A stretch of 64,000 bases of DNA, taken from assembly GCA_963827655.1 (NCBI GenBank), contig CAWHCF010000042.1, positions 1-64,000 on the forward strand. Direction: 5' to 3'. This stretch comes from an uncultured Acidobacteriota bacterium. Its GTDB lineage: Bacteria; Acidobacteriota; UBA6911. Positions 33,773 through 43,237 of the stretch are shown here, in pieces. Numbering within the stretch: the first letter of the stretch is position 1; each line of letters starts with the position of its first letter. The notes beneath the pieces are model-generated. The model was not told the DNA's origin and did not search any database. It was given only the letters and a program-made list of their open reading frames with translations. The position numbers were made by a program, and so were the translations under genes.

Positions 33773-35190
33773 ATGCCAGGTAACAATCTTTCTTCTTCGT
33801 TGGGATGGTTCGAAAGGCTCGGGCTGGTGCTCGTCTGCCTGACCAGCCTGGAGGGACTTGTGTCAGGACAGGTGAAAGGAACGGCCACCTATCGCGAGCG
33901 CATGGCGATGCCGGCCAACGCGGTTTTCGAAGCTACTCTGGAAGATGTCTCAAAGGCGGATGCCAAGGCCGAAGTAATTGGACAGGCGCGCATCGAACAG
34001 CCCGGCAATCCGCCGATTCGGTTCGAAATCACGTACGACCCTTCACGTATTAGTTTCGAGCCACCGTTACGCCGTCAGGGCTCGGATCCTGGTTGGCGGC
34101 AAGCCGTTCTTCGCCACCGATCAGCATTACGCGGTGCTCACCGGTGGGAAGGGTAACGAAGTGGAGTTGCTGTTGCGCCGCGTAGGCTCCGCGGGAGGTT
34201 CGGGGTCGGGTGCTGGAGCTTTGGGGACCTTGCCTGCGACCTTCGCCGGCGATCTGCCCTGTGCCGATTGCCAGGGCATTCGACATCAGCTGGAGCTGTT
34301 TTCCGACCAGGCTTTCTTTCTGCGGATGACTTACCTGGGCAAGGGCGACAAGGCCGTCTTCGATGATATCGGCAGTTGGATCATTGCGAGCGATTCGCGC
34401 ACGCTGGTGCTCCACGGGGGCCGGGAGGCGCCGCTGAAGTTTGCCATCAAGGATGCCGGTACGCTTCGCAAGCTCGACCTCGAGGGGCGCGAGATTCCTT
34501 CGTCGCTGAATCACGATTTGAAAAGGACCCGGGACCTGCCACCACTGGAGCCGCGGCTGGCAATGCGCGGGATGTACAAATACTTCGCCGATAGCGGACG
34601 GTTTACCGAGTGTCTGACTCGCAAGAACCTGCCCGTGGCTATGGAGCAGGACAACGCCGCGCTGGAATCCGCCTACTCCAAGGCGCGGCGTCAGCCCGGC
34701 GAAGAGTTGCTGGTGAACCTGGAAGGGCGCGTGGCGCTTCGGCCCAAGATGGAAGGCCAGGGGCAGCAGCTCACTCTCGTGGTCGAGCGGTTCATTGGAG
34801 TCTGGCCCGGAGAAACTTGCGGGGCGCGATTTGCCACGGAGCCGCTGGAAAACACCTACTGGAAGCTGACTCGCCTGGGCGACACGTCAGTGACTGTGGC
34901 TCCGCAGCAGCGGGAACCGCATTTCATCCTCAATGCCCGAGACGCGGCGGGTCGGTGGATCGGGCGGCTGTAACCGGCTGATGGGCGGTTACGAGCTGAA
35001 TGGCGACGCGCTGACCTTCGGCCAGATGGCCGCTACGAGGATGGCCTGTCCGCAAGGGATGGACACCGAGAAGGCATTCCTGGACGCGCTGGGACAGGTC
35101 AAGAAATGGAAGATCGCAGGACAGCACCTCGAGTTATTTGACGCCGCCGGCAAGCTGGTGGCCCGTCTTGAAGCGCGTCACATGAAGTAA
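33773..35190 (+). CDS. YbaY-NlpE-META (HslJ) domain envelope protein; 2 frameshifts
   Basis: GTATYRERMA.P...LEDVS.AD (YbaY), GDLPCADCQGI (NlpE), G.GGCN...TRMAC (META). Confidence 0.82.
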
Positions 35191-35331
35191 CCAGATTACG
35201 GTAACAACCGAACCGACAACACGAATCTCGCCCGGCTTTGGCCACCAGTTCGGGGTTCTCGCCGTAAATCAGGTGCACGGCTCCATGCCGGGCCCCGTAG
35301 TACTAACCTGCGTCTTGACTGTCCGAGGGAC

Positions 35332-35345
35332 TACCATATATGGTA
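35332..35345. promoter_or_regulatory. Palindromic operator/promoter of the RHH-PIN module
   Basis: Perfect palindrome TACCATATATGGTA downstream of TTGACT (35315-35320), just before the antitoxin ATG. Confidence 0.55.
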
Positions 35346-35350
35346 ACCAC

Positions 35351-35591
35351 ATGAGACTCCTTCTAAAAACAACTCTCTATCTGCCCGAAGCCGACTATAG
35401 AAGGCTCAAGCTTCTGGCCCGTGCCAAGAAACGGTCGACGGCGGAGTTGCTGCGCGAGGCGATCGCCGAGTATGCAAACCGGCACGCCCCGCCGAGACTC
35501 CCGCGCAGCCTCGGCGCCGGCCGAAGCGGACGCGGGGACCTCAGCGAACGCGCCGAACAACTCCTGCACGGAATGGGGCGGCAGCCGGTGA
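35351..35591 (+). CDS. CopG/RHH antitoxin (VapB-like); reads in frame into the toxin in this sequence
   Basis: KTTLYLPE...LK..A....STAELLREAI and G.SGRGDLSERAE.LL. Confidence 0.8.
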
Positions 35592-36001
35592 TTGTCGCCG
35601 ACACCGGAGCGATTCTTGCCCTCATCGACGCAGACGACCATCACCACCACGCGTTGAGAGCGCTCTTCGAGGAGCAACCCGAGACTTGGATCCTGCCGTG
35701 GGCGGTGCTTCCAGAGGTCGATTATCTCCTCGCGACCCAGCTGGGACCGAAGGCAGAGCGACTCTTTGTTGCGGACCTGGCCGCTGGAACCTACAGGATC
35801 GAGTGGGGACACGACAGAGACTTCGAGCGGGCCCACGAGATCTCGACGCGCTATCGTGCTTTGAAGTTGGGGCTGGTCGACGCGAGCGTCATCGCAGTTG
35901 CGGAACGCCTCGGCGCCGGCGCTATTGCGACCCTCGACCTGCGGCACTTCGGTTCGGTTGCCATCAAGGGTCAGCCGAAACTCCTTCCCAGGGACCTTTA
36001 A
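35588..36001 (+). CDS. vapC: PIN-domain toxin (VapC-like)
   Basis: IVADTG.L.AL.D..D.HH, LPEVDY, LGLVDAS..A.AER, TLDLRHF. Confidence 0.88.
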   Translation: MIVADTGAILALIDADDHHHHALRALFEEQPETWILPWAVLPEVDYLLATQLGPKAERLFVADLAAGTYRIEWGHDRDFERAHEISTRYRALKLGLVDASVIAVAERLGAGAIATLDLRHFGSVAIKGQPKLLPRDL

Positions 36002-36128
36002 GGGCTGCGCAGAAAATAACTTCACATTCTGGCGCGAGAATCCGGGCATTTGAACCAAGTTTTCTGTTAGCTGCGCAGCCTGACAGCCTCGGGATCGCGT
36101 CTCTTCGAACTTATTTCTGCGCGATCCC
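36002..36128. mobile_element. MITE-like element B (~127 bp), inverted relative to A
   Basis: Left end GGGCTGCGCAGAAAATAACTTCACATTCTGGCGCGAG, right end CGAACTTATTTCTGCGCGATCCC; begins right after the vapC stop. Confidence 0.6.
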
Positions 36129-36187
36129 AAGGTCGCTGGTGTCTTCGCATCTTCGTGGACCAAGGTTGGAAGTCACGAAGACGGGGC

Positions 36188-37561
36188 TCAAATCGATTTC
36201 AGATACTCTATCAGGTCGTTCTTCTGGTCATTGGTCAATCGCAGCCGGAAGAAATTGTCGTAGTGCTCGACGACGTCGCGCAGGGTCGCAAAGCGGCCAT
36301 CGTGATAAAACCCACCCTTCGTGTGAGCCCACAGGCCTTTCAGCGGCGCCGTGCGGTAGCGTTCGTCCGGCGATCTCTTGGCTTGAAAATCGTCGATCCC
36401 GATCTCCGCTGCCGTGTGCATGTTCCAGCCAGGTTCGGTAAACAGCGGCGGCACGTGACAGGTTGCGCAGCGCGCGGCGCCCGTGAACACTGCTTCGCCG
36501 CGGGTGGCCGCGCGCCGGTCAAAACTCCCATCCGGTGGTTTAGGCGCAGGGATGGCGAGCTGATACAGATGCAAGGCCGCGAGTTTCGCCGTGATCAGAT
36601 CCGGGTTACCCCTGACATTGCCGAAACCGTTGCGCGCGGCAATCGGGAATTTCGCCCGATCGTTAAGTCGTGGATCATAAAAAGTCCCTTTGCCATGCAT
36701 CTCGAGATTGGAAACGAAGGCATTCCAGTGAGTGACACTGCCCCATCCCGTCCAGGTATGAAGGTTCACACCGGCCAGGCCGAAAGCGGGAGGAAGCAGC
36801 GTGGCCGCCGACTTGCCGCCCGGGCCAAACGCCTTTCCGTCGAGAACCAGCTCGGCATCGAATTTTCCCGGACCCCAGCTGTTGAGCACCGTTCGAATCG
36901 CTGGTTCAGGAATCCCAAGCACGTCCTCGAAAGGCTTCAGCGTGGGAGACAGAGCCACGATCGCGCCTATGTTCAGATCACGGTTAGGCCAACCATCCAG
37001 CCGGCGGCCTATGCTCGGAGCAAAGGAGTCATCCACGGTCGAGTGACACAGCGCGCATTGAATACCGAGCGAGTTGATTCTTCCCCCCCGAGAATTGCCC
37101 TCGACGCCGTCGAAGAAACCGGTGAGACCCACGACCGCGTTGAGGCGAAGAAGATCGAGGGTGACAGCAGGGTCTTCGAGATTGACCATGCCTCTCCTCA
37201 GAGCTTGAACGAGACTGGCGGGCAACACCGCCGCGTCGACCTTCAGCCCGACGGCCAGCGCCATCCTCGGGCTGACACCTTCCGCGATTCCGCCGTTGGC
37301 GGTTCCCGCCAGGGCTTGATGCAGTCGAAGCATGCCGCCCCAGAAATCTTCACTGCCGAAAGTGTCGAAGCGAAAAATCTGCCTCCCGTCGTTGAACGAC
37401 TTTGATGCGTAATCGATTATCTCCCCGTCGAAACCGGACCGGGGAGGCTCACCCTGAGAGAATGCGACAAACATTCCCGGAGGTTGAGGCGACCACAGAA
37501 AAGCGATAAGGCAGATCGCCATCGCTTTCGCCCAGAACAAGACTCTTCCTTTCGTGATCAT
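36188..37561 (-). CDS. Secreted di-haem cytochrome c protein (cytochrome c peroxidase-like C-terminus)
   Basis: CALCH and CATCH; RG..VF...CATCH.PP, YRT.PL.G, YHDGRFATL, LIEYLKSI. Confidence 0.78.
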   Translation of the reverse strand: MITKGRVLFWAKAMAICLIAFLWSPQPPGMFVAFSQGEPPRSGFDGEIIDYASKSFNDGRQIFRFDTFGSEDFWGGMLRLHQALAGTANGGIAEGVSPRMALAVGLKVDAAVLPASLVQALRRGMVNLEDPAVTLDLLRLNAVVGLTGFFDGVEGNSRGGRINSLGIQCALCHSTVDDSFAPSIGRRLDGWPNRDLNIGAIVALSPTLKPFEDVLGIPEPAIRTVLNSWGPGKFDAELVLDGKAFGPGGKSAATLLPPAFGLAGVNLHTWTGWGSVTHWNAFVSNLEMHGKGTFYDPRLNDRAKFPIAARNGFGNVRGNPDLITAKLAALHLYQLAIPAPKPPDGSFDRRAATRGEAVFTGAARCATCHVPPLFTEPGWNMHTAAEIGIDDFQAKRSPDERYRTAPLKGLWAHTKGGFYHDGRFATLRDVVEHYDNFFRLRLTNDQKNDLIEYLKSI

Positions 37562-37972
37562 AGACACGGCTCCCCCTTGAATCGTGATTAAAGAGTCCGG
37601 CGGAGATACGATCCTCCAGGGCGGAAGGTGCTGACTTCCCCGCCGGGCTCTCTCAACGGCTTCCCTTTTATGCATCAAGCAATTCTTCTTCCGGAGAGCC
37701 GGCGGGTATTCACCTTCCGCGAGGTGGTGACGCATTTCGCCGGTTTAATAGCGGTTTAGTAGTGCTGCTTGACTCGCCCGTTGAGCGGCTTCGACGAAGT
37801 CTGGCTGGATGCTGAAGCGGGGGAAAAAATCCCCGGAGAATGAAGAGATTCATAGCCTCTCTTCGCTTCCTCGCGCTGCGATCTGGTTCGATGCTTTCAA
37901 TCGAGGCTTGATCTTGAGCTGAAAACGAAAGATCATCGCGCGATCATTATTGAGCTTGGTAGAGAGGAGAGT

Positions 37973-38432
37973 ATGAAGATACGTCGAACAATAGCAGTGG
38001 GACTGGCAATGACTGGAGGTCTAATGGCAAGCGGAGCCCTATCGCAACAACCGGCCAAGAAGTTCTTGAACCTCGAGGGTTCAAAGCCGCCAGGCTATAC
38101 CCACGTCGTGACCTCGCGCCCGGGACGCATGATTTTCATCTCCGGTCAGGGAGGATCCGCACGCGACGGCAAGATGCCCTCGGATTTTTCGTCGCAGACG
38201 AAGAACACGTTTGAGAACATCGGACGTTGTCTTAGCCCTGGCAGGCGCGAAATTCGGCGACATTGTAAAGATCAACTACTTCGTCACGGATCTGTCGAAC
38301 ACAACCGAACTTCGACGCATTCGCGCCCAGTACCTGAATATGGACGCTCCCCCGGCCTCCACGTTGGTGCAGGCGGGGCTGGGTACTGGAATGCTGCTGG
38401 AAGTCGAAGCCGTTGCGATCGTGCCGGAGTGA
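37973..38432 (+). CDS. RidA/YjgF-family protein with signal peptide; 1 frameshift
   Basis: GYTHVV, IFISGQ, DIVKINYFV, PASTLV, LLEVEAVA. Confidence 0.82.
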
Positions 38433-38474
38433 ATAGAATCAACCACCAACAAAGAGACGCCACCACATCGAACC

Positions 38475-39732
38475 ATGAGAGCCTCTGTCTATTTTCCTGA
38501 TCATCTTTTCCGCCGCGGCCGCCGAACACCGCGGCACAGATTCCCACTGGTCCCGCTTCCGAGGTCCCAACGGCACCGGAATTTCGAACGACAAGCATGT
38601 GCCGGTTCAGTGGACGGACACGAAGGGAATTCTCTGGAAGACAGCTATTGCCGGGCTGGGAAACTCTTCCCCTGTGGTTTGGGGCAACCGGCTCTTTCTG
38701 CAGTCGGCCACTGAGGATGGCAAGGAGCGCCTGCTCTTGTGCGTGGATACAGCCAGCGGCAAGATCTTGTGGTCGCGAACGGTTCCCGGCTCGGCGGCGA
38801 CGATCAACCCCAGAAATACTCTCGCTTCATCGACTCCAGCGACCGATGGGACGCGCGTCTACGCCCTGTTCTGGGATGGCAGCGGCCTGTTGCTTCACTC
38901 CTACGATTTCAGCGGGAAGCTGGTGTGGAAGCGCGAAGTTGGAGCCTATGCCAGCCAGCACGGCGCCGGCGCTTCGCCGATTGTGTACCAGAACAAGGTC
39001 ATCATCTTAAACGATCAGGATGACTCGTCGCGCTTGATGGCCTTCGATACGGCGACCGGCCAGCTTGCCTGGGAAGTTCCCCGCCCGCGTTCCGTCAACG
39101 GCACCTGTTATTCCACGCCGTTCCTGCTGGAAGAAGCCGGCAAGCCGGCGGAAATGGTTGTAGCCAGCACCCCGGGACTCAGTGCCTATGAACCGGAGAC
39201 CGGACAAGAGTGCTGGAGCTGGACCTGGCCGTTTCCCGGCAAGCCTCTCCGCACAGTCGCCTCCGCGGTATACGGCGGCGGATTTATCTTCGCCGCGAGC
39301 GGCGACGGCGGTGGCGATCGACACATGATTGCCGTGCAACGAACGGGCAGCGGCACCACCGCGAAAGTCAGCCTGGCATGGGAAAGCAATCGACTGCCTT
39401 ACGTTCCCACGATGCTCACCTGGGGCGAACATCTCTACTGGGTCAACGACAGGGGTGTCGCGGGCTGCAACGTCGCCCGAACCGGCGAGACTGTCTGGAC
39501 GGAGCGGCTAGGCGGCAATGTCACCGCATCGCCCGTCCTGATCGACGGCAAGATCTATGCGGCCAATGAAGAGGGCGACGTCCATGTCTTTCTGGCTGAG
39601 CCAAAATTCAAGCTGTTGGCCACGAATCCGATCGGCGAACTTGTGAGATCGACTCCAGCCGTGGCCGACAATCGCCTGTTCATCCGTGGGCAGAAACACC
39701 TGATCTGCATCGGAGCGACCGCGGGCAAGTGA
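38475..39732 (+). CDS. PQQ-binding-like beta-propeller (BamB-like) protein; frameshifted 5' end
   Basis: W..FRGP.G.G in an upstream frame; WKT.I.G.G.SSPVV, ASSTPATDG, STPAVAD..LFIR. Confidence 0.82.
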
Positions 39733-39977
39733 GGGATCAACCGCCAGGACGGAGAAGCGCAAAGACCGGCTGCAACAGCCCAAAAGCGCTTGACACACCC
39801 AACGCGGGGTAGATAATCGGGCCATCGACTGTCCGGTACTGTTTCTCGCTGGAATTGAGGCATCGTGAGGCTCTTCTACGGTGCGGCGTCCAAACCGAAT
39901 CGACACCACTGAGAGCGCGAGGCACGCGACATCCAGTTCGCCCTGAGGTTAATCTTCTGATTACGAGGAACAGTCCT

Positions 39978-40829
39978 ATGAAAACAACGAGGAGAGAGAT
40001 GTTGACTACCATGATGGCGGGACCCGCGCTTTTGTCAACGTTGGCGCAGGATTCCGTCACAAAGTTCGTGCGATTTAGAAAGGGGAATTCCACGGCCTAT
40101 GGAGTTCTGGCCGGCGAGACCATTCGTGAGATCCAAGGCAACATCTTTGGCGCTTTCAAAGAGACCAGCACCCAGCACAAGCTCGCCGACGTGAAGCTTC
40201 TTCACGCCTGCGAGCCGCCCAAGGTTCTGGCCGTCGGGCTCAATTACAAGAGCCACCTGGGCGAGCGCAAACCACCGGCCAACCCCGAGATCTTCTACAA
40301 GCCCATCTCGTCGCTTCAGAATCCCGAGGATCCGATCGTGATTCCGAAAGGAGCCGCAAACGTCCACTACGAAGGCGAACTGGTGGTTGTGATCGGAAAG
40401 CGAGCGAATAGAGTTTCGGTATCCGAGGCCCGCAACGTGATTTTCGGTGTCTCATGCGGCAACGACGTTTCGGAACGCGACTGGCAGGGAGGGGCGCAGA
40501 AGGATCTCCAATGGTGGCGGGCAAAGGGCGCCGACACGTTTGCGCCCCTGGGGCCGGTGATCGTGCGCGGCGTTGACTACGGCAATCTGCTGCTCCAGAC
40601 GCGATTGAACGGCAAGGTCGTGCAGAAGCAGAGCACGTCCGACTTGCTGTTTGACTGTCCCACAATTGTCAGCTTTGTCAGCCAGTTTGTCACCCTCGTG
40701 CCGGGAGATGTGATCTACACCGGCACGCCCGGCAGCACCAGCAAGATGAACCCGGGGGATGTTGTGGAGGTGGAGATCGAGAACATCGGAATCCTTCGCA
40801 ACAAGATCGTTGCCGCCCCGTTGACCTGA
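39978..40829 (+). CDS. Fumarylacetoacetate hydrolase family protein with a Tat-like leader
   Basis: VGLNY..H, HYEGEL, NDVSERDWQ, W.RAKG.DTF, GDVI.TGTP; N-terminus TRREML. Confidence 0.9.
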   Translation: MKTTRREMLTTMMAGPALLSTLAQDSVTKFVRFRKGNSTAYGVLAGETIREIQGNIFGAFKETSTQHKLADVKLLHACEPPKVLAVGLNYKSHLGERKPPANPEIFYKPISSLQNPEDPIVIPKGAANVHYEGELVVVIGKRANRVSVSEARNVIFGVSCGNDVSERDWQGGAQKDLQWWRAKGADTFAPLGPVIVRGVDYGNLLLQTRLNGKVVQKQSTSDLLFDCPTIVSFVSQFVTLVPGDVIYTGTPGSTSKMNPGDVVEVEIENIGILRNKIVAAPLT

Positions 40830-40914
40830 TGATCGAAGGGATCGCTTTCACGCGAATACCACTAAGACTCAAAGACACGAAGAATCTTAGTGTCTTCGTG
40901 GTTAGAGCTGTCTA

Positions 40915-41433
40915 ATGGACCAGGAAGAGTTCAGGATTCTGGAAGCGCTGGATCTCGCAGTGAGATCCGAGGCGATCAGACCCAAAATCCAGGCGATCGT
41001 TGCGCGCGTCGAGCAGAAACTCCGAGAAAGCCTCGATGACGTGATGGCCTGGGAGCCGATCCCCCTCGACTTCTACACGGCTCCTCTCCCAGAGACCATC
41101 CGGTCGAGTTGGGTTTTCATTCTGCGTGCCAATACCACGACTGGGGCCGAGCGGCACCCCAACAGCCACCAGCGCATGGTGTCGTACCGGGGCTCCGGCG
41201 ATTTTCAGACCCGGCCAGCAGGCGATTGGTGTTCGCACCTGCTCACCAGTGACCCGACGGCGCCAATCGCCGAGCGGTGGATCTCGATTCCGCCGTATGT
41301 CTGGCACCAGGGGGTCGTACCCGGAGAGAACTGGGTCGTGGTGTCGTTTCAGACGGCTGCGGAGCACGAGTTGATCGAGGAACGGCCCGTGACGGAAGGC
41401 AAAGATGCCGTGCGCCAAAGAAAGTACGCTTAG
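40915..41433 (+). CDS. Hypothetical cupin-like protein
   Basis: ERHPNSHQ...IPP.VWH histidine motifs typical of cupins. Confidence 0.55.
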   Translation: MDQEEFRILEALDLAVRSEAIRPKIQAIVARVEQKLRESLDDVMAWEPIPLDFYTAPLPETIRSSWVFILRANTTTGAERHPNSHQRMVSYRGSGDFQTRPAGDWCSHLLTSDPTAPIAERWISIPPYVWHQGVVPGENWVVVSFQTAAEHELIEERPVTEGKDAVRQRKYA

Positions 41434-41745
41434 GAGAGCTAGCAGGCACGCGCACGCGGTCTGGCGCAGGAGAAGGTGGTTGTCGGGGCGCGCTATTCCG
41501 GTGTGCTTAAATCCCTAAAATGTTTGTAATTCAGACTATCAGATCGAACAATTGCGTACTTCCTCAGGCACCGGGAATTGCGCGAGAGAAGTTTTTCCGA
41601 AGCCTCAGCACCTGCGACTGACTGGCACAAATCGTGTACAAAACGCACTCGTAGTATAATGTCTTCTTCTTCAGTCGAGTAAGGACAGCCGATCTTCCTC
41701 TCACTCAGACCGGCAGACAATTTGACGCTCCAGTGAAGCCTTTTT

Positions 41746-43237
41746 ATGGGCCTAATACCGGGCTACGAGAGCGACATCTTCATCAGCTACGCTCACAACG
41801 ACAATCTCCCTGTCCTCGATCTCAGGTGGGTAGACTGGTTTCATGAAAACCTCGAGAACCTGCTGATCGACAAACTCGGAGAAAGGCCCGTCATATGGCG
41901 CGACAGGAGGATCGATCAAACCGACCTCATTGAGGGGCTTCTCGATTCACGCGTCAATTCCTCCGCCTTGATGCTGGCCATCGTTTCGCCGAGCTACCTC
42001 AAATCAAAGTGGTGCGGGTGGGAGCGCGAGAAGTTTGTTGAAAATGCGGAAAGGCGCGGCGGGCTGCGGGTGGCCAACAAGAGTCGCATCGTCAAAGTGG
42101 TCAAGACTTACATTGAGAGCGCCAGCCTTCCCGGAGAGCTTCAAGAGACGCTCGGCGGCGAATTCCTGCGCCACGACCAAGCCGCCGGGAAATACATCCA
42201 GCTTGATTGGCAATCCCCAGAGTACCGGCAAGAGCTGGAAGCACTCGCAGATAGCGTAAAGAGCCTGATTGAAGCCTTCAGGGATCACACGGTGGCAGCC
42301 GTCCCGCTTACAAGAGAGAAGACCGTCTACCTCGCGGAGACCGATTCCGAGTTGGAGACTGAGCGCAACGACATCAAACGCGAGTTTGAACAGAACGGTT
42401 ACCACATATTCCCGAGCGTTGATCTCCCTCTCAGAGTCCACTGCCACCGCCATTGAAGAGAAGGTGCGCGACTACCTCAAGTCCGCCCAGGTCTCCGTGC
42501 ACCTGCTCGGGGCGAACTACGGCTTTGTGCCGAATAAGGGAGCGGGCCGTTCTATCGTCCGCATACAGTACGAGCTCGCGCAGCAGCACGACTCTGGCCC
42601 GGCCTTCAAACAGGTCCTATGGATTCCGAAGGGGCTGGAGGAGAGCCAGGAAAGCGAGCCTGAGCAAAGAGAGTTCATCAGCCAACTGCTGGCCAGTTCA
42701 TCCGCCCTGCGTCGCGCCGAAGTGCTGCGCGGCGACATCGAGGAATTGAAGACTTACGTGCACAACTTGTTCAGGCCGACGCCCAAATCTGTGGTTAACC
42801 TCAAAGGTAATGGCAGCACGGCCAGCGTCTATTTGATCTGCGATAAGAATGATTACGAAGAAACGGGCGCGATCGAAGAGTACCTGACCGAGCAGCACTG
42901 CGAAGTCTTGCCGACACTGCTCGAAGGCGAGGCGGAACAGGTCACACAGTATCACCGCGACAGCCTGCTCGAATGCGACGCCTTTCTCGTCTACTACGGC
43001 CGTGCCAGTTACCCCTGGGCGCTGATGAAAAAACAGGAATTCCTCAAGCTGCCGGGCCTGGGGCGGTCGAAGCCTGTCGTCGCCAAAGCCTTTTACATCA
43101 GCGGCGAGGAGAATCCGCACAAACAGCGCTTCGCCAGCAGCGAGGCTATCGTGATCAAAAATTACGACGTATTCTCACCCGAATCGCTGACTCCGTTCCT
43201 CGAGCAAATCCGCCAAGTTAAGGGACTAACGGCATGA
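41746..43237 (+). CDS. TIR-domain protein with two further TIR/DUF4062-like domains; frameshift at ~42440
   Basis: DIFISYAHND, IWRD, SPSYLKSKWCGWE (catalytic Glu position); later VYLAE...SVHLLG..YG and VYLIC...DAFLVYYG...W segments. Confidence 0.82.

Noticed and set aside
30845-36128. Composite transposon bounded by the two MITE-like elements
   Set aside because: The flanks of element A rejoin into a single repeat copy, indicating an independent insertion. There is no shared outer target duplication or transposase.
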